A stretch of 62,175 nucleotides of DNA, the filler included, from Asterionella formosa (Eukaryota), in NCBI GenBank assembly GCA_002256025.1. It is 20 parts of 20 records of this genome, joined end to end, with 100 filler letters (N's around TTAATTAATTAA, not from the genome) between each part and the next. Parts side by side here need not be neighbours in the genome. Positions count along the whole stretch, not along the records: positions 1 to 3,023 come from NKIB01014563.1; positions 3,124 to 6,145 come from NKIB01014564.1; positions 6,246 to 9,267 come from NKIB01014565.1; positions 9,368 to 12,387 come from NKIB01014566.1; 16 more parts are not named here. One strand, written 5' to 3'. Positions 1 through 10,133 of the stretch are shown piece after piece. The translations under genes were made by a program, and so were the position numbers. The stretch's first letter is position 1. Each line of letters starts with the position of its first letter. The notes beneath the pieces are model-generated. The model made no database searches and was not told the DNA's origin. It saw only the letters and a program-made list of their open reading frames with translations.

Positions 1-1667
1 AGGCCGACACTGTATGGCCAGCGGCTGGAGGTGTGGATGATGCTAGTTTGCCTGAGGATATCAATGCATATATGGGACGGGTGTTTCACATTTGTTGTAT
101 TTGGAAGCAAGATTGGTACAAGCTGCCGGTCGATGGATTGAATCGAGTGGATTATTATGATATAAACATTAATTGGCAAGAAAAACATATATGAATCATC
201 ATACAAGCAACCCGAGAAGTAGTTAAATCTAAGGCAAGAAAATGTTCAACTCCCACTATGTATATATATTTGCTTCAATGAATGGTGTGTCTGTTACAGA
301 GCTGAATACACTTTCAAGCTAAGTATAAGAGCGAAAATAATAGAGACAAAAACAGAGCAGCAAGGAATCCTCTGGTAGTCAAGCTACGCAGGCTTCCGGG
401 CTCCCTCTGAGTAATCGTCGGGGAAAAGGCAACATCAGAGCATTGAATCACAACACAGGGAGATACAGTAAGACACTTGCCATTATGGAGGATAGATTCT
501 TTGCAGCACTCAAAAGTAATCCTACTCTTGCCTCCATCAGAAATTTCTATCCGGACCCATGATCCGACATCAATATTCCCTGCAGACGATTTTACTTGTT
601 ATGATGTAGCATTTGCCTACTTACGACCAAATTGATTGTCAATGCTTGTGTCCTCCACTCGAAGGTTCAAGAAGAAATCCAACCTGGTACTTGAAGATGG
701 TGCTTGCAACGAAGACATTGCGACTGCAATGTATCAGCCAAACACTGCGCAAACACTGCGAAAAACACTTTTCCAAGTCTTCTCCCATCAAAGTATGATT
801 CCATGCTCCCTTACAAAAGATTTCAATGGAGAGGGTTAGATACAGGCTTTATTAAAGAGGAACATAGGGATCACATCCAAGCATTGTCCATTGGAGTACA
901 GGCATTAGCATCGCATTTCGATGTTGACAAGTACAAAAGGCTACTATTACTGCAGCTCTTACTTTTTGAAGACTACAAAGACTGCATCAAGTCGATTGTA
1001 TGGAAGTCAGGAAAGGCATTTGGTGTCAGGGGCTCTACTGAAATGTCAGAATTGACATTCAACAAGGTGATAATCAACATTTTGAATGGGCTGTTCAATG
1101 TGGTCCTCAATCCCAGTGACGCAGAAAAGTAATGCACTTACTCTCCAGAAAACTGAGCGTAGTAGGTACACCAGTTTACATGAGAGCACTTTTATCGAGG
1201 ACGAGCGCAACCCTAATTGTATAGTGAAACTTGCTGGTGCATCACTACCGTGATCACTTTTGCTCTCCTGAGATGATTGCTAGCAATGAACCGTTTTTTC
1301 GAAGGAACTTAAGGTAAGTGCTTGACTTTATTGTTTATATCCATGTTTCATTATTTCCTACGACTTCTTTACAATGTCACTAACATGCATTGCTATACTT
1401 GTTTTGTTTGATTCTATATTTACACAGATCAGCAACAACATAAGCTAGGTATTCATAGCCTAGCTGTTCCCCTTCCAACCAAGATTGTTCTTGATAAATC
1501 TAGGCATTCTTCCGCCGAAATTGACTCCAGGTACCAGAGCCCTTCAATAGAGATGCAACACCAGGCTCGCAATTCTGTGTTTGAAAAGGTCAAGAGTGCA
1601 GACCATCCTGAAACACCTCAATTGGTTTCATCCTCTTCCATTCCAGCAACTTTAGTGCCTGCTTCAA

Positions 1668-2002
1668 TCACACCCTCTACATCGAATCCTGTTGGAGGTT
1701 GTGTTATATCTCCACATCCTCGGCTCCTGCTGTTCTACAATCTCAACCAGCCCCACAATACTTCATTGCATCCAACCACCCTCCATGACCTCCACAAGCG
1801 CCATCACCATATCATTCCCTCTCTGCCCATTCTTGGTCATCACACCCTCTACATCAAATCCTGTTGGAGGTTGTGTTATATCTCCACATCCTCCTGCTGT
1901 TCCACAATCTCAACCAGCCCCACAATACTTCTTTGCATCCAACCACCCTCCACCTCCACAAGCACCATCACCATATCATTCCCTCTCTGCCTATTCTTGG
2001 TC
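1668..2002 (+). repeat. Tandem duplication, ~172-bp unit x2, in a Pro/Ser/His-rich degenerate coding region
   Basis: tcacaccctctacatc(g/a)aatcctgttggaggttgtg...ttcttggtc starts at 1668 and again at 1840. Confidence 0.9.
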
Positions 2003-2117
2003 CTCCTCTGACCTATTCCTCCTATCAACACCAACCCTCTTACTACCCAACACCAAGCCACCATCATCAGCCTGCATACATGTTCAGCCATCCTCCTCCT
2101 CATGTTGGATAGCAACT

Positions 2118-3023
2118 GGGCGCGCTCTGATAATAAAAAATTATTATATCATGTTTGTATTATAACACAAATTATTCTGGTGATCTGCTACATAATATTG
2201 TCCTTGCGCTCTGATAATAGAGATATTTTAGATTACTTCTCTGACATTATATATATTTTTAACTTTAATTTTCAACAGTTAAATTTTCATATCGATGCAT
2301 CCTCTTGTATGCTATGCCGCCTCTTGTTCATTATATGCATGAGTTCTATATATTCATCATCATCGGTCACTGACCATGTCGACTTTCATCTCATCTCTTG
2401 ATGATGATGATGATGACATTATGATCACATTGCTACTGTTAGCAATGTGCTATCCACCAGTAAATAGGACGCCATCGTTCAGGGAAAGTTTGACTGTTGA
2501 TGAGGTCCAAAGAAGAAGTGGCAAAATCCGTCGCCATGCACTACAGCATCCATTCAATGCACCTGGTGTTCTACATGACTCCACCATGGCAATTTGGTCA
2601 TCGATCTATGATCAGATTGAAACAGTTTACAGGGATACAGGCAAAAAAGTAGTTGTGGATTCAGCATTTGCATCTAAAAAATCAAATGCAATGTTGAAAT
2701 CGCATCAAAACAATGTTGATGCAAATGGTAATCCTCGACAAAGATTTGGTATGAATCGCCAAGCCACCTCCATCCGACAGCTGTCGGAATGGGGAATGCG
2801 ATGCCTTCAGGGATCATTTCCGAGAATCAAAGAAAAATTTCGTTATGAAGAAAAAGGTGAGAGAAAATTAATTCTCCAAATGATTGTATTGCTCTACAAC
2901 TTTCGTGCTAGCAAAGTTGGTCAGAACCAAATTGCTTCAGTGTATATGCCCTATTTGCATAGAAATGCAAATAGATATGCCATGTAATTCAAAGAAATTA
3001 TTCCTTCATGATTATTTAGCACC
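2118..3023 (+). mobile_element. PIF/Harbinger-superfamily DNA transposon, left end with TIR, internally deleted derivative
   Basis: Begins GGGCGCGCTCTGATAATAAAAAA at 2118, nearly the reverse complement of 46094-46116. 2200-2820 is near-identical to 44624-45840 apart from one large deletion. Confidence 0.8.
2376..2987 (+). pseudogene. DDE_Tnp_4 (Harbinger-type) transposase with in-frame internal deletion
   Basis: Motifs NAPG.LHDS, VVVDSAF and RQLSEWGMRCLQGSFPR are present. The central ~590 bp found at 44976-45568, including the WGAMDG catalytic Asp, is missing. Confidence 0.85.
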
Positions 3024-3123
3024 NNNNNNNNNNNNNNNNNNNNNNNNNNNNNNNNNNNNNNNNNNNNTTAATTAATTAANNNNNNNNNNNNNNNNNNNNN
3101 NNNNNNNNNNNNNNNNNNNNNNN
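3024..3123. other. Artificial contig-joining spacer (N44-TTAATTAATTAA-N44); first of 19
   Basis: The identical 100-nt linker with stops in all six frames recurs at 6146, 9268, 12388, 15508, 18626, 21744, 24861, 27976, 31089, 34200, 37311, 40421, 43529, 46637, 49758, 52863, 55968 and 59072. Contigs between them are about 3.00-3.02 kb, roughly size-sorted. Confidence 0.99.
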
Positions 3124-3360
3124 GGACGATTTCCAGCAAGAGCATTCAATGATCCCTTGTCGGTCATAGCGACTGGAATGCCACGTTCTCTGGCCAAGAG
3201 CTCCACTTCTTCTGCAACCTTCGCTTTCTCTGCTACCCGATCACCCGTCGCACCACCACGATCCTGTACAAACAGAAATGGACTAAACTGAGCTTCGGGT
3301 TTGCGTTCTCTCTGCCTCTTTTCGTGCTCGAGAGCTTGTGTGGTTGATGAGAGCTTGGTA
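3124..3360 (-). pseudogene. Fragment of SpoU/TrmH-family rRNA 2'-O-methyltransferase (MRM1-like substrate-binding domain)
   Basis: Manual minus-strand translation gives RKPEAQFSPFLFVQDRGG...EEVELLARERGIPVAMTDKGSLNALAGNR(P), resembling the DK..L..L..NRPHQG motif. It runs off the contig end and has an in-frame stop upstream. Confidence 0.6.
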
Positions 3361-4297
3361 CATCAGAGTTGACTCATTTGAATCGTTTGACTCCAAGTCA
3401 TAACTACATAGATGAACTCACTTTACAATATGGTACATTACCTGTAACCTGGTACTCCCTCTGTCCAATAACAGTTGCATCGATAATTCAAATTTATCTG
3501 GGGCCATTTTCTTGACTCCTACGATTTTCTCCAGCTCAATTTCCCTATTGTGTGGCTTGCTCTAAGCTACAGAATAATGTTTATTTTATATATAGAAAGA
3601 TTAAAATTGGCAACTACGTTTGAAAAAATAGTTTTTGGGATTTTTTGATTTTCACTATGGCTATCTCGAGCAAAATGCAGATGCATGAGGACCCATTTTT
3701 CTTAAAACCATCTATTCTTAACATATGTACAAAGTACAATGTAAAAGTAGAACGACGGCAACTTGCGTTCAATTATGGAATGTGCAATCCCAAAAGTGGT
3801 GATGATAGGAAAAAAGAAAACAATGGTATGAAGGTTTTGAGGATTGTAACCGTTAAACATCCGGTGGCATGGTCCATGTTGGTGCAACAATCGTAGAAAG
3901 TATACAGAATGAAAATTATTCTATTCATGCTATATTTATGATAGTGGCTTGTTGCATTTGGTTTCCCGCAAATATTTGACTGGCCGGCTGATGTGAAACA
4001 GCAGTTGGCGATTTATACATATATATGCAATGAATCTGCGTATGTTAACCTGCTTGGTTTAGATTAATTCATTTATATGCTAATAATTTAATTAAAGAAA
4101 CCGAGTTTATGTTCACGTCTATGTAACTCATAAATAACGTATTTTTTCGAGTAAGCCGACCCTCACGTAAAAAATTGGTATGTTGGCTACATAATCCTTC
4201 ATATGCGAACAGTAAAAACAATGGTGGCGCCGGCGAATCGATGCAACTGTTACTGGAGTACCAGGTACCAGGTGTATATTAAGGGCAACTCACCATG

Positions 4298-4455
4298 AAG
4301 TACTAGGCGATAGAATACGAAAATGATCACGTGACTACGACAAATAGCGGTGCAAATGATGCTTTTGCTTTTCCTGTTACTATCACTCCAGCATGCAATA
4401 GGCGATAAAATACGAAAATGATCATGTGACTACGACAAATACCTGTGCAAATACT
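4298..4455 (-). repeat. Dispersed repeat module (x2) also found inside the Tourist-like MITE
   Basis: aggc(g/a)atagaatacgaaaatgatcacgtgactac occurs twice here, twice at 37457-37630 and twice (reverse) at 43870-44040. Confidence 0.85.
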
Positions 4456-6359
4456 TTACCAGGAGGTACTTCTGCATCCACATGCTGATATAGTGGGTAG
4501 TACATCAACTGGTACATACATAGGAGCAATGGCTTTGAGCCAGCCACTTCGGCCATTTTTGTCATTTTTAAAATAGATAGATCTCAGTAAATATACATTC
4601 AAGTAAAAAATGATTCAATTCTCATGTAGCTTAATGAACTAACTAATTATCGTGCCAAAGGGCGAAAGTGGGGATCGATTTTAGTATAATTCTAGAATTA
4701 GTCGAAAAACGATATAATAACGTAGCTCAAGCCATTTATGAGTGGAACTTTGTCCAGTAGAACTGAACTGATGATAAATCATGCCATTAAAATAATTATG
4801 ATTGAAGAAAAATAATACCGGTATTCGAAATAGGGAGATTTAAAATAGAGGGACACATCAGTGAATTTGTCTGCCAATGTAAACTATTGGAGCTAAAGTC
4901 GCTCTCATCAAGATGTTTGAATCAAGTGAAAAGGAGAGGGACAAGTACCTGGTACCAGTGCATCTTGTTTCATGGTGTCTTTGTAGTAGTAGCTAGTAGC
5001 CCCCATACAAAGATTTACATCATTGTACTACCATATAGTGACATATTCATCTGCTTGCTTGCATTAAAAATGAAACTGGTTGGCATTTCCCATGGAAATG
5101 ATGCCACCAGAATTAATGACGAGCCATTCTTGCCGAGATTGTTGATGGATTTTTATAGGAAGAATTTGAATCTTGTTCTTTATTGCAACACGAAGGACGC
5201 TGCTGAAAAAAATTTTATTCTGACATTCAACATGGAGAATTAATGCATTATAACAAAGCCTCACTTGTAATGTGACATTGTGAATTCTGACTGAATAGTT
5301 AACTTGGCAATATTCCTTGAAATCTCAATAGGTCAACATACTTGTTTGAAATGTATTGGTACTGCAATTGGTGACTGGGTTGGTAGCATAGCTGAATCCC
5401 TTGAAATATCTATACAAAAGTGCTACCAGAATCAAAAGGCTTGTTGTTAGTAAGTGGCGTTGCTTGCTTCCCTGCATTCATATATTATGTATATATGTAT
5501 GTATACATTTTTGTTCCTGTTGTGTGCAAGAAGAAAATAAAGAGCAAAGAATTTTTTTCTTCATGTCCATTCTAATCCAACCAATATCTTATTTCTACTT
5601 CAATGTCTAGCACAACAAGCCAATATCCATTTTAAACTTTCATTTCAACTTTGACATTGTTATGCTTACTTTCATTGTCAATGTTCTTGACGTCCTTATT
5701 TGTTTTAATGTTGTGGTGGTGTTGTTGTTGATGTATAAATCACTGATTATCAAAGAAAGGAAGGAACATCAATATCACAATGGCTTAACCCTAACACACT
5801 AACAAAATTAATTGAAACAAAATCATGACCCTGAATGATACTTTGATACACACGGTGCTAAGGAGCCTATTTCATTCAACATGTGTAATTGATGTAAATT
5901 CGCCTGATAGTATGGTTTGCCAATGGCAACTGTGTGTTTACTGTTTTTTGGAAACACAGCAGCAAGACTGCTCTTCACGAGGTCTGTAGGTCTGTTTGCT
6001 CATTGTTTTAGTCACCTCGAGCTCGTACCACAACACAACCTGAGGATAGAGGACAAAGCACCTGGAGAGAGCCAAATAGGCACTGAAACCAGCAGAGACT
6101 TCACTGTGCGCAGCAAAGAAAGCTGTTGAAACAAAACCAAAGATCNNNNNNNNNNNNNNNNNNNNNNNNNNNNNNNNNNNNNNNNNNNNTTAATTAATTA
6201 ANNNNNNNNNNNNNNNNNNNNNNNNNNNNNNNNNNNNNNNNNNNNGACCATGAAGAAAACATCATTTCATCCATCAGTTCTCGCAATCAAACAAAATACA
6301 TGCATTAAACAACTGTCATTCATCATACCCAGGAGTAACACAAGAGGGCAACCGTGCTG

Positions 6360-7760
6360 ATGATGAGATACTGCTGCTTGCTGGTAGTTCTATATTCCAC
6401 GTGGGTCTCTTCCTTTTCTTTGCAAGGCAATGTTGGCGTAAGGAAGCAGGGAGTAATCAGTGGTACATGCAATCATTACGAAGAATCTGAAGTGGACACC
6501 AGACCTTCTGCAGCTCGCGCCGCTTTTCCTCGACAAGCCAGGAGAGTCAATCATGGTTTTAAATACCTCTACCGACATGTTGCACTTGAGGCGGGGGATG
6601 AAGACATCACGGCAGTTCCGTTTCTTGTCAAGTATGCCAACTTGACAAAGGATCAAGTTCTGATACTGAGCTCTACCTTTCCACCATTATTGACGTTGGA
6701 TGTGAAACGACATTTGCATCCCAAATTATTATTTCTTCAGAGAACTCTAGGAATTCATTCTGTCATGTCTATTTCTCCAGCGTACTTTGGAAGTCGTCTG
6801 GAACGAATTGTAGCTCCTCGACATGCGTTCATGGTTAAACATGGATTGGTCTCCTCGGCGAATTATTTTCAACAGAACGACCACCTACAACAGTTTCTGG
6901 TGGCGTGCAAGTCACCACAAGCCTTTACTGTCTATTGCAACCGAATGTTCAATGACACAAATAAATTCATTGAGACTGCTCATGTGGAAGCATGGGATAT
7001 TGTCTTTCAGCGTGGACTATTAAGTGCATGTCGAAAGGAGGACGACACCTCATGGACAACACAATACACTAGTCGAAATGATACATCTTGCTTGGTTCAA
7101 TTACTGCTCTCACATGGAGCCAATCCATTGGAAACAGATTCTCGTGGAGCAACACTATTGCATTGGGCATGTGGGAGTGGCAATTTAGACGCTGTCAAGT
7201 GTTTAGTGCCATATATAGATATAGATTGTAAAGCCGAACGAGATCATGGTACTCCTCTGCATTGGGCAGTTGCAGGGGCCAATGCTAGAGAATTCGGTAT
7301 CGGTGGACATCTTGATGTTTGTCAGTACTTGCTGGAACATTCCACTGACCCAAAAAAGACTGTCAATCAAGTAACCAAGGATGGCAATTCTGTCCTTATG
7401 TGGGCCGCTTGGGCTGGCTCTTTGACTATTGTCAAGTGGCTCATCCGAAATCGTGCTGACCCTCAAGGATCCAATCGAAACGGGTGTACTGTATCACATT
7501 GGGCAGCCTCAGGTGGATGTTTAGAAACATGTGGGTATTTAAAAGATGTAGTGGGACTTGACTTTACAGCGCCCAATCATGGAGGCAATACACCCTTGAC
7601 ACATGCTGTGGCATTTGGGCGAGTGGATGTTGTCAAATGGTTGCGTCAAGAGATGAAAGATGATGACCTAACCGCACTAGAATTGGCGCAAGATTTTGTG
7701 CTGTGGACGGATGGAGAGGGCACAAGAAAGCAAGTTCTGTCCTTATTTCAGATGGATTGA
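6360..7760 (+). CDS. Ankyrin-repeat protein with N-terminal mTERF-like motifs, probably plastid-targeted
   Basis: Intact ORF with about five ankyrin repeats (GATLLHWACGSG, GTPLHWAVAG, GNSVLMWAAWAG, GCTVSHWAASGG, GNTPLTHAVAFG). mTERF-like FPPLLTLDVKRHLHPKLLFL and PAYFGSRLERIVAPRHAFM. Signal peptide ends VSS-F. Confidence 0.85.
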   Translation: MMRYCCLLVVLYSTWVSSFSLQGNVGVRKQGVISGTCNHYEESEVDTRPSAARAAFPRQARRVNHGFKYLYRHVALEAGDEDITAVPFLVKYANLTKDQVLILSSTFPPLLTLDVKRHLHPKLLFLQRTLGIHSVMSISPAYFGSRLERIVAPRHAFMVKHGLVSSANYFQQNDHLQQFLVACKSPQAFTVYCNRMFNDTNKFIETAHVEAWDIVFQRGLLSACRKEDDTSWTTQYTSRNDTSCLVQLLLSHGANPLETDSRGATLLHWACGSGNLDAVKCLVPYIDIDCKAERDHGTPLHWAVAGANAREFGIGGHLDVCQYLLEHSTDPKKTVNQVTKDGNSVLMWAAWAGSLTIVKWLIRNRADPQGSNRNGCTVSHWAASGGCLETCGYLKDVVGLDFTAPNHGGNTPLTHAVAFGRVDVVKWLRQEMKDDDLTALELAQDFVLWTDGEGTRKQVLSLFQMD

Positions 7761-8125
7761 AAGGTCTTAAAAGCAAGCCAAGGGATTCAAATTGGCAATC
7801 AATGTTTGAGAAGCACTGTCAATCTGTTTGTGATCGCCATTTCTATAGCAGGGGTTGATTGAGGTGATGACCTGTGGCATAGACTATTTTATCATTAGCA
7901 GGTTCAGGGGGTGACACTCTGATCACTGCCCACAAAACCTTGTAAATAAATTTGGGTCATTGCTTTTGTTTCCATGATACTTGATGAGCCACAATTCAAT
8001 CCAAATGGCAATATTTTATTGGACAGTATGTATTACTTTGGCTAATTCTAAAACTGAATCAGATCAGTGAAATTGAATGACGCGACAAAAAATAGTACAT
8101 ATGTCATAATCCAGTAGCAACGTCA

Positions 8126-9034
8126 TTAAAATTTATCGTCTTCAGTGGGCTCCAACTTTCTCGCCAATCGTTTCCTCGTTTCCTCATCTCCCACTTTGTA
8201 TGCATGCCTCATTTCCGATTGGAGTTGCTGTTGATGCTTCATGTCCTGCACCTTTTCTAACGTCATGGTTTGTTGGAGCAGCTGCATCTCTTGTTGTTTC
8301 AATAGTTGTTGCTTTTTCTTCATGACATCACGATGGTGTGCTTCATCAGCCAACATGGTATTGGTTCCAGTCTTGAGCGCCTGATCCTGTAGTTTAGCGC
8401 GATCGTACTCGCTTTGTTCCCAAGTGTCATAGTCAAAGTATTTTTCATGAGGAAAGGTGCAGGTATTAAAGTCTTCCATAAATTCAGCAAAATATTGGGT
8501 AAGCTCCCATTTGGCACCAGTAAAGGAAGGTATCCCCTTGACTTCCCCCATCCATGCCTCGAAGGATCGTTGCACTTTCGTGCTATGATAGTCTGATGCC
8601 TTGAGTATACCATACGTCCCAAATGTCAGAATACCGGGTTGGTATTTTGGTTTCTCATTGGTGCCAGTTGTTGCGTCCAACTTGCTGCTCTTTTTCCTTT
8701 TCGCTTTCTTTGCCGGCGGTTCGTCGTCACTGCTACCACTGCTACTACTCTCATCAGAAGATGAGTATTCATGCTTACTCCGCCGCTTCTTGTTGTGTTT
8801 CTTTCGATGTCTTCGTCGTCGATGATGATGATCCGATGATGCTGAATCGGAATCATCACGACGACGGGATTTTTTCTTCTTGTCCTCCTTTTTTCGGTGT
8901 CGTCGTTTCTTCCTTATATCTTGTTGCTGAGTATCAGAGTCTGAGGAACAATACTCTCGTTGGTTAGCAATATTTCGCTTTGATCGTATCTCCTTCTTCC
9001 GGTGCTGACGATTGTCATCGGAAGACTCGGTCAT
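8126..9034 (-). CDS. Conserved hypothetical nuclear protein with K/R/S/D-rich N-terminus and coiled-coil C-terminus
   Basis: Intact ORF with ATG at 9034. Conserved-looking core FGTYGILKASD...FEAWMGEVK...FAEFMEDFNTCTFPHEKYFDYD. Confidence 0.8.
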   Translation of the reverse strand: MTESSDDNRQHRKKEIRSKRNIANQREYCSSDSDTQQQDIRKKRRHRKKEDKKKKSRRRDDSDSASSDHHHRRRRHRKKHNKKRRSKHEYSSSDESSSSGSSDDEPPAKKAKRKKSSKLDATTGTNEKPKYQPGILTFGTYGILKASDYHSTKVQRSFEAWMGEVKGIPSFTGAKWELTQYFAEFMEDFNTCTFPHEKYFDYDTWEQSEYDRAKLQDQALKTGTNTMLADEAHHRDVMKKKQQLLKQQEMQLLQQTMTLEKVQDMKHQQQLQSEMRHAYKVGDEETRKRLARKLEPTEDDKF

Positions 9035-9367
9035 GGTGTTTTTCTGCAATGATGGTGGGTGTAATGGAATTCCTAAAGGAATAAAATCTTTTTTTATTTA
9101 GAAAGAATCCAAAATCATGTGGACCCAATAATTCTTACATATTTTGTAGACAGATTGAACCAAAACCTTGAACGCCTGATTTTTTAGGTTTTGGTTTCCG
9201 TCATTTTCAGAGAGACTACGGTAATGGTGGTTTCCACAGGGTCGTGTGCTTTTTTATCTAAGAAACGNNNNNNNNNNNNNNNNNNNNNNNNNNNNNNNNN
9301 NNNNNNNNNNNTTAATTAATTAANNNNNNNNNNNNNNNNNNNNNNNNNNNNNNNNNNNNNNNNNNNN

Positions 9368-10133
9368 CAGGGCCGGAATTTGGGTCGGAACCGGGAGCTA
9401 CCATGGTGGTGAAGAAAGCGCTGTATGGGCTCAAATCTAGCGGTGCGGCATTCAGAGCGCATCTCGCAGAAACCCTCCATGACGATGTCTCGACGGCGGC
9501 TTCCAACGAGGTGCACTACCCCATTGCAGGGGAATTATAGACCGGAACTGGATACTTCTGCCGAACTCAAGATTGAAGGCGTGAGATACTACCAGGAATT
9601 GATCGGCGTGCTCCGCTCGGCAGTGGAGCTTGGACGAATAGACATTGCTATGGAAGTTTCTATGTTATCTACTCACCTAGCGTTGCCGAGGAGCGGACAC
9701 TTACAACAGGTATATCACATGTTCGGATATTTGAAAGCGAAACCCAAGAGGACGTTGATCTTTGATCCGACACACCCCGATATAAACGAGTCCAGGTTTG
9801 TTAAATGCGATTGGCACGACTTTTACAGGGGAGCGCAGGAGTCTATTCCAGGGGACGCACCCAAGCCCAGAGGTAATGTTGTTACTACTCACTGTTTTGT
9901 GGATGCGGATCATGCAGGGAATTGGGTGACGAGGCGCTCGCAGACCGGGATACTGATTTATGTGAATCGGGCTCCAATTATATGGTACAGTAAGCGACAG
10001 AACACTGTCGAGACATCGTCATGGAGGGTTTCTGCGAGATGCGCTCTGAATGCCGCACCGCTAGATTTGAGCCCATACAGCGCTTTCTTCACCACCATGG
10101 TAGCTCCCGGTTCCGACCCAAATTCCGGCCCTG
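9368..10133. repeat. 127-bp perfect inverted repeat (9368-9494 / 10007-10133) flanking the inverted RNase H segment
   Basis: cagggccggaatttggg...gacgatgtctcgac is the reverse complement of gtcgagacatcgtc...cccaaattccggccctg. Confidence 0.95.

Noticed and set aside
704..1132. 142-aa ORF and surrounding spliced-looking region
   Set aside because: It is protein-like but interrupted by stops and frameshifts, and no family is recognisable, so no product is assigned.
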